Assembly: GCA_965227775.1 (NCBI GenBank)
Contig: OZ245777.1
Span: 96,001-160,000, forward strand
DNA: 64,000 bases
From: Phycisphaerales bacterium
Lineage (GTDB): Bacteria; Planctomycetota; Phycisphaerae; Phycisphaerales; UBA1924
Reading direction: 5' to 3'
Both the position numbers and the translations under genes were made by a program. How positions within the stretch are numbered: position 1 is the stretch's first letter; the number at the start of each line of letters is the position of its first letter. A model generated the notes under the pieces. It ran no database searches, was not told the DNA's origin, and saw only the letters and a program-made list of their open reading frames with translations. Shown one piece after another: positions 39,387 through 49,531 of the stretch.

Positions 39387-39937
39387 CCGGCGTTGCCGGG
39401 ATCGATAAACGAGTGATGCAGCGCCATGTGCTTGCGTTGGAGTGTGAGCCACTCTTCATGCGTGAGCGAGCCAAGCAACGGGCTGGGCCGGGTGAACTTC
39501 TCGCCGGCCTGGATGCGCGCGATCTGCTGGCGGAGGTACGCGAGGCCTTCGGCGTCGGTGATGCCCTCGCGTGGCAGCAGTGCGGATGCTTGCTTCGGCA
39601 GCTTGAAGCCCGAGGGCAGCGGCTCTTCGGTCTCGGTTGCCTTCTTCTTCAGCATCATGCGGGCGATCCAGCGGACCGGCGGCGGGGCCTTGGAGGGGAA
39701 GCCGTCGTAAGCGAACTGCAGGAACTTGCCCGTGTGGTCGAAGATCTGGCCCGCGGTCCAGTTGCCCGTGGTTTGGAGCGTGCCGGCGGCCATCGCGGCC
39801 TCGATCTGGTCGAGGTCTGCCGAGACTTCATCGAAGTTGGCGAAGGCGAGATTACGCCGCTGGGCGGTCTTGGTATCGACAGGGGCACGGGTTTCGGCCG
39901 TTCCGGCGGCCGATGCGGTCTGGGCGGTCTGCGACAT
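39383..39937 (-). CDS. DUF1569/DinB-like protein
   Basis: G.WT.GQI..H, PSPLLG.LT..EW....KH..LH.SF. Confidence 0.8.
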   Translation of the reverse strand: MSQTAQTASAAGTAETRAPVDTKTAQRRNLAFANFDEVSADLDQIEAAMAAGTLQTTGNWTAGQIFDHTGKFLQFAYDGFPSKAPPPVRWIARMMLKKKATETEEPLPSGFKLPKQASALLPREGITDAEGLAYLRQQIARIQAGEKFTRPSPLLGSLTHEEWLTLQRKHMALHHSFIDPGNAG

Positions 39938-40127
39938 CGAGTCTCCTTTCGCTCCCCTAGTGCACGATAGTAGAACCCCCGTGGCCTCTTTCCGTGAAGG
40001 TGCAATGCGATTGCGGCACGTGCGTTGGTTCGTGCGGATCGTCGCCCGAAATGTGCCGATGGCGCATCCCAGTGAGTTGGATAGGGACCGCGGCGAGGCG
40101 TCCCTGCGCACTTCCGAGGGGGTTCAG

Positions 40128-41009
40128 ATGCCGCTCAATCACGGACGATTTACGACTCGCACGCCAACGTCGATCGCGATTGCCGCGTTCCTGGTGGCCG
40201 CGTGCCCGAGTCTGGCCATGCAGCAGGAGGCCGACGAGAAGCCGCTGCTTTCCGGACCCAGCGTGAACGATGACGCGGCGCTGACGCTGGTGAACCGAGA
40301 TTTTTCGGGCGAGTTCCAGCGGTTGGAGCGGCACCCGGCGGAGGCCGCGTACCGCCTCGTGCTCGAACACTACGAGATTGACGAAGCTTCGCGTGAATCG
40401 ATCGACACGATCCTGGCCGATCGGCGCAAGGTGCTCGACGAGTTGGTGATCGATCGGCTGGATGTGCTTATCAAGCTCGCCAACGGCGGGAACGAGCGTG
40501 ACCGGGCCGAGGCGATCGGTGTGCTCCGGCGCGCGATGGCGCCCGAGGCACGCAAGGGCGCACTGGGCGACCGCATTCGGGCGCACTTGCCCGCGGATGC
40601 GGCTGCCGAGCACCAGCGGCTGGAACGCGAGTACCAGGAGGCCGCGACGGAAGATCGCATCGAGTTGCTGCGAGCGGAGCGCGGCGGCATGGGCGAACGC
40701 GGCCTGCGGCTGCGGGCCCAGGCCATCGAGAACCTCGTGGGCCTCGGGGCCGAGGTGAAGTCTGCCTACGAGCGGACGATCGTGCAGCGGGGTGAGGAAC
40801 TCGACGAACTCATCGCGGCCCTCAAGCTGTCTCCCGAGCAGGAAGGCAAGGTCCGCCGTCTCGTGCAGGCCTATGGCGAGAAGACGCTGCTCGACAAGGA
40901 AGCCCGCGACGATCAGCAGGGCCGCCTGGCGCTCTTTCTGGAGATCGCTGCCGAATTGACGCCGCAGCAGCGGCGGATGCTGCTCGAGCGCGTCCGCGGC
41001 GAGGGCTGA
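40128..41009 (+). CDS. Secreted alpha-helical hypothetical protein
   Basis: Signal-like N-terminus, L.LSPEQ / LTPQQ helical motifs. Confidence 0.7.
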   Translation: MPLNHGRFTTRTPTSIAIAAFLVAACPSLAMQQEADEKPLLSGPSVNDDAALTLVNRDFSGEFQRLERHPAEAAYRLVLEHYEIDEASRESIDTILADRRKVLDELVIDRLDVLIKLANGGNERDRAEAIGVLRRAMAPEARKGALGDRIRAHLPADAAAEHQRLEREYQEAATEDRIELLRAERGGMGERGLRLRAQAIENLVGLGAEVKSAYERTIVQRGEELDELIAALKLSPEQEGKVRRLVQAYGEKTLLDKEARDDQQGRLALFLEIAAELTPQQRRMLLERVRGEG

Positions 41010-41010
41010 C

Positions 41011-42075
<1,065 letters not shown>

Positions 42076-42138
42076 GCGTGGTCCCTCCGTGGATGCTCGA
42101 TGCTACCAGGGTCGGTCAGGGCCTGCATTCTCATGAGC

Positions 42139-42184
42139 AAAAAGGACCGCCGGGCCTGGATCCTGCCCGATCCGAGGCCCGGCG
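42139..42184 (-). terminator. Intrinsic terminator after the PDZ gene
   Basis: CGCCGGGCCT.GGATC / GATCC.AGGCCCGGCG stem then TTTTT on the minus strand. Confidence 0.55.
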
Positions 42185-42349
42185 TAGGGGAGTTCGTGAT
42201 CGGGGCTGGCTACCTGGGTTCGGGTCGTTCAACCCGGCCGGCCGGCCCCGTCGCGTGAGGTTCACTCCCGGGTTTGTTCCGCTTTGCGGGGCCCGGGTTG
42301 CAGGGCGGGCTAGAAAATTCCGGCTCGGCCCTGCGAGGACAATCGAGGC

Positions 42350-43771
42350 TCAGCGGCCGCGGCGACCATCGCGGTCGTCGAGGGCACGCTCGAGACGCTC
42401 CATGAGCCGTTCGATCATGGTCTCGGTCCGCTCTTCCATGCGATCGATGGCCCTGTCGAAAGTCTGCTCGAGGCGATCGAGCCGCTGCTCGAGCTCATCG
42501 ATGCGATCTTCCCACTCGTCTTCCATCTCGTCGGCTGGGAAGCGGAGGGCAAAGCCTTGGCCGCCATCACCCGGCTCGGCCCAGAAGCGACGCTCCTGGT
42601 TGCCGGCAAGGTCGCCACGGAGGCGCTCGACGGCCTCTTGCTGCATGCGGCGCATGTCCTCGATCTCAAGGCCAAACGCTTCGCCTTCCTTCATGGCGGC
42701 GATGGCCTGCTCGATGGCCTTGGACGCCTGCTTGTGCGCCTCGGCCGACTTGTGGTCGAGATCGCGCTCCATGCGAGCGAGCATCTCGGCGGCTTCCTTC
42801 ATCGCCTGCTCGGCGCGCTGCATGTGGGAGTGCTGCAGATCTCGATCGAGCTCGAGGGCTTGCCACTGGTTGTCGCCGGGAGGCGCCAGGCGACGAAGCT
42901 GGCCAACCCCACCCATGGCGGGCTCAGGGGCGCGGCCCAGGGCCTGCGCGTTGAACGCTTCGAGCTTCAGGTCGACCGTGACGGGGTGGCCCTTGCGGAT
43001 GACCTTCACCTTGACTTTCGTGCCAGGCTCGGCCTTGGCGAGCACCTTGCGGATGTCGTCTGCCGAACGGGGCTCGGCGTTCTGGCCGAAGCCGATGATG
43101 ATGTCCTTGGCCTGCAGTCCGGCCTTCTGGGCGGGCAGGCCCTCGACGACGCGTTCGAGCATGACGGCCTTCTTGGCGTCAAGGCCCAGGTGCTCGAGGA
43201 TCATCGCGTCGGGCTCGGCCATGACAACGCCCAGCATGACCTTCGGCTGTGCCTGGGGCGCGTCGGCGGTCTGGGCCTGTGCCCAGACGCCGCCGGTGTT
43301 GCCACGCAGGCGAACGTCGGCGGGAAGCGGCGCTACCGGCTCGACCGGACGCACCGCGACGCGGCCCACAAACGGGTTGCCGGCGTTGTGCTCGGGCATC
43401 TGGACCTCGATGGTGCGATGGCTTCCGGGCATGGTGATGACCACCACACCGTCCTTCATCTTGTAGTGGTCCTTGGAGATTTCCTTGCCGTCGAGCTTGA
43501 CGACGATGGGCTGGTTGTTGACACGGCGCACGGTGACGGCCTTGCCATCGACGGTGCGGTTGATCTCGACGACCGTGCGCACTTCCTGATAGGCGTCCTT
43601 CTTGTCGGCCTGCTGCTCACGGGGCGTGTCGACGATCACCTCGTATGCGCGCCCACTGCCGCCGCCGGTCTGGGCGAAGGCGGCGCCGGCCAGGATGGTG
43701 AGGGCGAGCGCGGGCGTGGCAAGGCCAGCCCTGACAATGCGATCGACCACGGTGTTGCTGCTGTGGATCAT
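42350..43771 (-). CDS. Secreted PDZ-domain protein with C-terminal coiled coil
   Basis: Signal peptide AFA-Q; MLGV...V.EGLPAQKAGLQ..DII...V.VKVIRKG; AGGAGG RBS. Confidence 0.85.
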   Translation of the reverse strand: MIHSSNTVVDRIVRAGLATPALALTILAGAAFAQTGGGSGRAYEVIVDTPREQQADKKDAYQEVRTVVEINRTVDGKAVTVRRVNNQPIVVKLDGKEISKDHYKMKDGVVVITMPGSHRTIEVQMPEHNAGNPFVGRVAVRPVEPVAPLPADVRLRGNTGGVWAQAQTADAPQAQPKVMLGVVMAEPDAMILEHLGLDAKKAVMLERVVEGLPAQKAGLQAKDIIIGFGQNAEPRSADDIRKVLAKAEPGTKVKVKVIRKGHPVTVDLKLEAFNAQALGRAPEPAMGGVGQLRRLAPPGDNQWQALELDRDLQHSHMQRAEQAMKEAAEMLARMERDLDHKSAEAHKQASKAIEQAIAAMKEGEAFGLEIEDMRRMQQEAVERLRGDLAGNQERRFWAEPGDGGQGFALRFPADEMEDEWEDRIDELEQRLDRLEQTFDRAIDRMEERTETMIERLMERLERALDDRDGRRGR

Positions 43772-43942
43772 GGTGTGAACCTCCTATCCGCTGCGACGAT
43801 TCGTCGTGATCGGTCCCCGCCGAGCGGCGGTGCTTGGCCGATCCTTCAGATGTGGACGCGGGCCGGGGTGCGGCCCGTCGATCTGGAACTCGGTAAGCGG
43901 CCTTTTGACAGCCTGCTAGAGGCCTGACCGGGTTGCTTGGGA

Positions 43943-44731
43943 TCAGATGGGCCCCGACGAGGGGCGCCTGGTGCGATACGGAACGGTGCGATCGATGCCG
44001 GCGTCGTCTGGCTTGACCTGGTAGAGCTCGCCGTCTTCGACGATGGCCCGCTCGATGAGCTTTCGGACGTAGATGAGCTCGAGCCTTCCATCGGGAAGGG
44101 CGCGAACCTCGAGCAGCGTGCGCTCGGGCATCTCGGCGAGTTGCTCGGCGGCGGTGTTGCTCGGCCGCGACTGATCGGTCGAGACGTTGCGATATGGGCC
44201 CAGGGCCGAGTCGGGCAGCACCGGGTTGCCGCGCGCCAGGATGGACGTGGTGGGCCCCCGATCGGTCGGGTCGACGATCTCGAATGCCTTGGCTTGGTTC
44301 GAGCCGCCACTCAGGATGTTGTTGCCGGTCGGCTGGATGCCGGCAACCGTGGCTCCTTCGAGCGGAGTCGTGGAAACAGGCTGAGCGATGAAGTTGGGTG
44401 CTACCCAGACGACCGCCACGCTGGCGGCGATGGCCCAGCCGGCCCAGCTTGCGGCCTTCCGCACGCGGAAGCGGAAGCTGGCGGCGGGCATGTCTTCGAT
44501 CGGCGCGTCGATGCCGTCGGCGATGGCGATCGCCTGCTCAACAGCCTGGGCGAGTTCGGCCTGGGCGTGCTGGGCCTCGAACAGCTCGCGCCACACGCTG
44601 GGGTCGTACTCGGCGAGTGCCCGCAACTGCACCCAGTCTTGGGCCGAGGCCGCGTCATCGACGACGCGGCTGATCAGCAGGTCGCGGTCGACCGGCGCGG
44701 GATTCGGGTTGTCATACTCGGACTGGCTCAT
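43943..44731 (-). CDS. Putative membrane anti-sigma factor
   Basis: Overlaps ECF sigma stop; single TM (WAGWAIAASVAVVW) after a helical N-terminal domain. Confidence 0.65.
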   Translation of the reverse strand: MSQSEYDNPNPAPVDRDLLISRVVDDAASAQDWVQLRALAEYDPSVWRELFEAQHAQAELAQAVEQAIAIADGIDAPIEDMPAASFRFRVRKAASWAGWAIAASVAVVWVAPNFIAQPVSTTPLEGATVAGIQPTGNNILSGGSNQAKAFEIVDPTDRGPTTSILARGNPVLPDSALGPYRNVSTDQSRPSNTAAEQLAEMPERTLLEVRALPDGRLELIYVRKLIERAIVEDGELYQVKPDDAGIDRTVPYRTRRPSSGPI

Positions 44732-45396
44732 TCCTTCACGTCTCCGTTCGCCCCCGAATCACTGGATGCGCCGGTGTGGCCGGCCTTGCGGTCTCGCTCG
44801 ATGGCGACGCGTTCTCGGAGCATGCGCCGGCCCCGTGCGATGCGCGTCTCGATGGTGGTCTCGGGCAGGCCCGTCAGCTCGCTGATGGCCTTGTAGTTCA
44901 TGCCGCGGACGCAGCGGAGGACGAGCGGCTCGCGATAGCTCTCGGGAAGCTGGCCAATCAAGTCGAGCAGCCAGCGGGCCTCGTCGGCGTCGTCGGGCAC
45001 CATGGCGGTGCGGTCGGGCGTTTCGTCCCGCTGGAAGGTGCCCGGGTCGTTGGCGGCCTGGGTGTCGAGGGCGTTGCGGCGGCGGGTTTTCTTGCGGCCC
45101 TCGGCGCGAGCGGCGTTGATGGCCACCGTGCGCAGCCAGGGGCGGAGGGCGCCCGGCGTGCGCAGCTCTTGCACGCTGCGGACGAAGGTGGCGGCGATGT
45201 CCTGGAGCAGGTCGTCCAGGTCGGCCTCGCGGGGCATGTGGGCCAGGACGATGGCGGCGACCCAGCGGCGGTGGCTCTGCCAGAGCTGCTGGACGGCCTC
45301 GCTATTGCCAGCGGTGGCGCGCTCGACCAATTCGGGATCAACGCGGTATCGGTCGACCGACGCGGCGCTCCTGGCGTTGGACGTTTTGTGGCTCAT
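44728..45396 (-). CDS. ECF RNA polymerase sigma factor
   Basis: DDLLQD, WLRTVAINAAR (region 2); LPESYREPLVLR...G..Y.AISE..GLP..TI.TRI.RGR (region 4). Confidence 0.92.
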   Translation of the reverse strand: MSHKTSNARSAASVDRYRVDPELVERATAGNSEAVQQLWQSHRRWVAAIVLAHMPREADLDDLLQDIAATFVRSVQELRTPGALRPWLRTVAINAARAEGRKKTRRRNALDTQAANDPGTFQRDETPDRTAMVPDDADEARWLLDLIGQLPESYREPLVLRCVRGMNYKAISELTGLPETTIETRIARGRRMLRERVAIERDRKAGHTGASSDSGANGDVKE

Positions 45397-45603
45397 TGGC
45401 AGCTGCGCCCCCCTCTGGCCGCGTCGGCGGCCCGTCCCGTGCTCGTCGAGATGCGCTGGTCCGGGGTGCCCGACAGCTTTCGCCGGCCGAGTGCAAATTC
45501 ACGATGGCCCTGTGGTCCGCCCATGCCGTTATACTTCGGATTCTCGGGCCGGCGGGTTCACGCGCCATACCTCTCAAGAACCAAACGGCAGGAATCGAAC
45601 GAC

Positions 45604-46665
45604 GTGCCATTGCCGCCCGCCCCACGCTCCAGACGGCCGCAGGACGACGTGCTGGCCATGCCGCTGGGCGACCACATCGAGGACCTGCGTCGGCGTCTGA
45701 TCGTCGCACTGCTCGGGCTCGCGCCCATCCTGCTGCTGTCGCTGATCTTCGGCCGGCAGATCATCGGTCTGATGCTGATCCCGCTCCGGGGCGCGCTGAC
45801 GGCGCGCGGCCTGCCGCCCGTGGTGCAGGTGACCGGCCCGATGGAGACGTTTGGCGCGTACCTGCGTGTGTCGATCGCCGTCGCGGTGCTCATCGGGCTG
45901 CCCTGGCTGTTGTTTCAGGCGTGGAAGTTCGCAGCGCCGGGGCTGTACGCCGCCGAGCGACGATTCGTGTACGTGCTGGCGCCGATGAGTGTGGGGCTGA
46001 CGCTGATCTCCATCGCGTTCCTCTACTTCGTGATGATGCCGATCGTGCTGGCGTTCTTCATCGGCTTTGGCCAGACGCTTGGCGGGCAGAATCCTGGGAC
46101 GGCCGAGCCGCCGTCGGGCATGGTGTTTCCGGAGATTCCCACGCTGCCCGGGGACCCGCCCGATCCGCAACCGGGGCAGATGTGGGTGAACACGCGCCTG
46201 CAGGAGCTACGCATCGCGATCGCGCGATTGCCACAGATCGAGGTGGCCAACCCTGACGAGGTCGTGCAGGATGGTGCGAAACCGCCAGAGGTCCGCATTC
46301 TCGGATCGCCCTTGGCGCTGACGGCGGGGCTGAGCCAGCAGTTCCGCGTGTCGGAATACATCAAGCTGATGTTCCAGCTCACGCTCGCGCTGGCGATCGC
46401 TTTCCAGACTCCCGTGGTCGTGCTGCTGTTGTGCTGGACGGGGCTGATCGATCCCAAGGCGATGGGCAAGCACCGCAAGTACGCGATCCTGATCGCCGCG
46501 GTGCTGGGCGCGGTGCTGACGCCTGCCGACCCGCTGTCGATGATCGCGCTGGCGGTGCCGTTGTATGCGCTCTACGAGCTGGGCCTCTTGATCGCGCGGG
46601 TGCTGCCGGCCGAGCGACTCGCTGGCACGGCTGGTGAGGGCGACGTGGACGACGAGACCACGTAG
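45604..46665 (+). CDS. tatC: Twin-arginine translocase subunit TatC
   Basis: MPLGDHIEDLRRRL, Q.W.F.APGLY..ERR, FQTP, TPADPLS, LYELG; start estimated. Confidence 0.92.
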   Translation: MPLPPAPRSRRPQDDVLAMPLGDHIEDLRRRLIVALLGLAPILLLSLIFGRQIIGLMLIPLRGALTARGLPPVVQVTGPMETFGAYLRVSIAVAVLIGLPWLLFQAWKFAAPGLYAAERRFVYVLAPMSVGLTLISIAFLYFVMMPIVLAFFIGFGQTLGGQNPGTAEPPSGMVFPEIPTLPGDPPDPQPGQMWVNTRLQELRIAIARLPQIEVANPDEVVQDGAKPPEVRILGSPLALTAGLSQQFRVSEYIKLMFQLTLALAIAFQTPVVVLLLCWTGLIDPKAMGKHRKYAILIAAVLGAVLTPADPLSMIALAVPLYALYELGLLIARVLPAERLAGTAGEGDVDDETT

Positions 46666-47205
46666 ATGCTCGGGAGATTGTTCAAAAAACGCCACGAAAT
46701 GCAGGTGCCGCAGCCGCTGCCGGCCGAGCGTGCGACGGAGGCCGATCGCCTCATGATGGCGCGAGCGATCGAGCTTGCCAGAGAGGCCGCTGAGGCGGGC
46801 GAGGCACCCATCGGGGCGGTGGTATACGAGACTTCGAGCGGCCGAACCATCGCCGAGGCGCGGAACACGCGCGAGTCGGATGCCGATCCGTGCGGGCACG
46901 CGGAGTTGCTCGCGGTGCGCGAGGCGGCGTCGGCGCTCGGTGACTGGCGGTTGAGTGGATGCACCGTGGTCGTGACGCTGGAGCCCTGCTGCATGTGTGC
47001 TGGGGCGCTCGTGAATGCGCGGGTCGCGAGGGTTGTGTTTGGCGCGTTCGACCCGAAGGCGGGCGCGGCCGGTAGCCTGATGAACCTGCTTGCCGATCAG
47101 CGGCTGAACCACAGGCCCGAGGTCATCGGCGGCGTCGAGGCGGACGCGTGCGGTGCGCTGCTTCGCGAGTTCTTCAGGAGCCTTCGCGCACGGAAACGCC
47201 CTTGA
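46666..47205 (+). CDS. tadA: tRNA adenosine(34) deaminase
   Basis: GE.PIGAV, HAE, TLEPC.MC.GA, DPKAGA.GS, LNH; start may be ATG 46699. Confidence 0.92.
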   Translation: MLGRLFKKRHEMQVPQPLPAERATEADRLMMARAIELAREAAEAGEAPIGAVVYETSSGRTIAEARNTRESDADPCGHAELLAVREAASALGDWRLSGCTVVVTLEPCCMCAGALVNARVARVVFGAFDPKAGAAGSLMNLLADQRLNHRPEVIGGVEADACGALLREFFRSLRARKRP

Positions 47206-47680
47206 CGTTCTCGATCTCGTCGAGCAGGCCCTCGCAGGCGGCGAGCAGCATGTCGAAGACTTGGTCGAATCCGTCGTCGCCGCCGTAGTAGGGGTCCGGC
47301 ACGTCCGGGGCCTGGCCATCGCGGTAGGCGGGGTCGTAGGACCGCATGAGGCGGAGGCGGTCCCTCGGCGCACCAAGCTCGAGCAGGTTCTGCACGTTGC
47401 TGGCGTCCATGGCGATGATGTGCGTGAATGCCTCGAAGTCTTCGGCGGGGCGGACCTTGCGCGCGCGGCTGGGCAGGTGCACGCCGCGGGCCTTGGCAAC
47501 TGCGAGCGCCCGGCGGTCGGGGCCTTCGCCCTCGTGCCAGCCGCCGGTGCCGCACGAGTCGACGACCAGCCCGTCGACGCCGCGTTGCTGGGCGAGATGC
47601 AGAAAGATGCCTTCTGCCAGCGGGCTGCGGCAGATGTTCCCGAGGCACACGAAGAGGATGGAGGGTGCGGCTTCGCTCAT
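47174..47680 (-). CDS. Low-molecular-weight protein-tyrosine phosphatase
   Basis: FVCLGNICRSP P-loop, VPDPYYG. Confidence 0.93.
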   Translation of the reverse strand: MSEAAPSILFVCLGNICRSPLAEGIFLHLAQQRGVDGLVVDSCGTGGWHEGEGPDRRALAVAKARGVHLPSRARKVRPAEDFEAFTHIIAMDASNVQNLLELGAPRDRLRLMRSYDPAYRDGQAPDVPDPYYGGDDGFDQVFDMLLAACEGLLDEIENVKGVSVREGS

Positions 47681-47689
47681 GGGGCGAGG

Positions 47690-48901
47690 CTAGGACTGCA
47701 GGCCGCGCACGTCGGCCCACTTGTCGATCGCGTCGAGGTGGAACCCGGTCGTGTCGCGGGTGGTCCAGTGCTTGTCGACGGTTTCGAGGGCGGCGTCGGG
47801 GTCGGCCAGCGCGGCGTCGGTCATCAGGCCGAGGCGTTCGAGCGTGGCGATCGCGGTTCGCGCGTCGAAGTGGCTGGCGATCTTGAAGCGTTCTTCGAGG
47901 TAGTTCGACGCTCGCGAGCCGAGCTGCTCGAGCGGCCAGCGGTCGGGCTCGTCTTCGTCGTGGCGCGCGGCGAGCATGGCGTAGGCGATGATGGCGGCTT
48001 TGGCCTCTTCGTGGGCGATCATGCGGCAGAGCGTGTGCAGCACGGCGGCGTTGTTGGCGAGGTTCTTGTCGTAGAGATGCTCGGTTCGGTGGCTGGTGCG
48101 TTGCTTCTTCTTGCGCTTGTAGCCGAAGAAGCTGCGAACGGCCATGCCTCCGAAGCCGATGGCGGCGGGGATGGCCAGCGCACTGGTGCTTGCCGCCCCC
48201 ACCACCGCCACCTTGGCCAGCGAGCCGAGCGAGCCGGCGCCAAGGCCGACCACGAGCGCACGATCGAGCACGGTCATGGTGGCCTCGGCGTGCGGCAGCA
48301 GCGCTTCGACGTCCGCAACGGGAATGTCTCGGAAGAGCTTGAGCCGCAGGCACTCCTCGCCCGTGAGTTGGGCGACAACGGCGAGGCGGGTGTAGATCTC
48401 GACCTCACGCTCGATGCGTTTCCACGGCTTCTTCTTGTCTCGGCGGACGAGCACGAGCGTGCCGCGACCACGCACGTGTAGCGCGAGCGCGCGGACGCGT
48501 TCGGGCTTGATGCGCACGCGCAGGCCGTAGGCGCTGCCGGCGCGGATGGCGGCCTCGATGCCCACGTCGGTGAGCGGGGTGAAGTTGGCGCGATCGAAGA
48601 GGTAATCGAGGGCGGCATGCAGGCGTGGGTCGCCGAAGTGCGCCTGCGGGTTGGGCTCGGCCAGGGCGTCAAGGTCCGGGTTGGCCGCGGCGTAGAGGCG
48701 GTCGAGGTGGCGGTGCAGCTCTCCCACTTCCTGGGCGATGACGCGCTCGGTGGCCTTGCAGATCTTCTGTGCCCAGCCGGCCAGCTCACCAAAGCGCTCC
48801 GGGTCGGCATCGATCGCGTCGACGATGGCCTCGATGCGGATGGGGATGAACCGATCGCCGAGTTCTGCGGGGTTTACGGGATTGCTGGGCGCTTTGGCCA
48901 T
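47690..48901 (-). CDS. DUF3754/TMEM143-like membrane protein
   Basis: DRFIP, LKLFRDIP.ADVE.LLP, LYDKNLANN, EE.K.AI.AY. Confidence 0.75.
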   Translation of the reverse strand: MAKAPSNPVNPAELGDRFIPIRIEAIVDAIDADPERFGELAGWAQKICKATERVIAQEVGELHRHLDRLYAAANPDLDALAEPNPQAHFGDPRLHAALDYLFDRANFTPLTDVGIEAAIRAGSAYGLRVRIKPERVRALALHVRGRGTLVLVRRDKKKPWKRIEREVEIYTRLAVVAQLTGEECLRLKLFRDIPVADVEALLPHAEATMTVLDRALVVGLGAGSLGSLAKVAVVGAASTSALAIPAAIGFGGMAVRSFFGYKRKKKQRTSHRTEHLYDKNLANNAAVLHTLCRMIAHEEAKAAIIAYAMLAARHDEDEPDRWPLEQLGSRASNYLEERFKIASHFDARTAIATLERLGLMTDAALADPDAALETVDKHWTTRDTTGFHLDAIDKWADVRGLQS

Positions 48902-48951
48902 CGGGGGAACGTAGACAGGAGCGGCCCATCCGGACGCGGGTACCATCTCGT

Positions 48952-49407
48952 ATGGCACGCACGATCTCGGCTCTCAGTCTCATGTTCCTGACGCTCGCTC
49001 TGGCCCTGGGGCTGCCGGCTTGCGGCGAGACTTCGACCCCGGCCGCGTCGATTGGCTCGGCCCAGTCGGTTGTGTCGCTGGCCGAAGGGCGGTCGCTGTA
49101 CCAGACGCATTGCATGATGTGCCATCAGCCGCAGGGCGAGGGCGTGCGGGGCATGCAGCCGGCGTTAGCGGGTAACGCGGCCGTCGAGGGCGACGTGGGT
49201 TACCTAGTCGAGGTCACCGTGCTGGGCCAGGGCGACCACGACGGAGCGCTGGCGGCGAGCGGTGACTATCGCCAGCAGATGCTCGGATTTGAGTATCTCA
49301 GCGACGCGGAGATCGCGGCGATCCTGACGTTCATCCGCAAGTCTTGGGGCAACAACGCCAGCGCTGTGAGCGAGGATGAGGTCTGGGACATCCGCCAAGA
49401 ACTCTGA
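48952..49407 (+). CDS. c-type cytochrome lipoprotein
   Basis: Lipobox LPAC; CMMCH heme motif; LSDAEIAA.LTFIR.SWGN. Confidence 0.9.
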   Translation: MARTISALSLMFLTLALALGLPACGETSTPAASIGSAQSVVSLAEGRSLYQTHCMMCHQPQGEGVRGMQPALAGNAAVEGDVGYLVEVTVLGQGDHDGALAASGDYRQQMLGFEYLSDAEIAAILTFIRKSWGNNASAVSEDEVWDIRQEL

Positions 49408-49445
49408 CGGACCAAATTTTTGCGGCTCACATCGTCGATTTTGGC

Positions 49446-49474
49446 TTGCATTCTCAACGCGTTTGCATCACAAT
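49446..49474 (+). promoter_or_regulatory. sigma70-like promoter for 49532-50422
   Basis: TTGCAT-N17-CACAAT in an AT-richer spacer. Confidence 0.45.
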
Positions 49475-49531
49475 GACATGGACTGAGGTCTGTGCTCGGT
49501 GTTAAGTTAGTCAACTCGCGGAGATTAAGAA

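Noticed and set aside
43846..45470. Shared GCACCCCGG...CATCT motif upstream of the ECF sigma and PDZ genes as an ECF promoter
   Set aside because: Spacing differs between the two copies (7 versus 10 nt) and GC-rich 9-mers recur by chance
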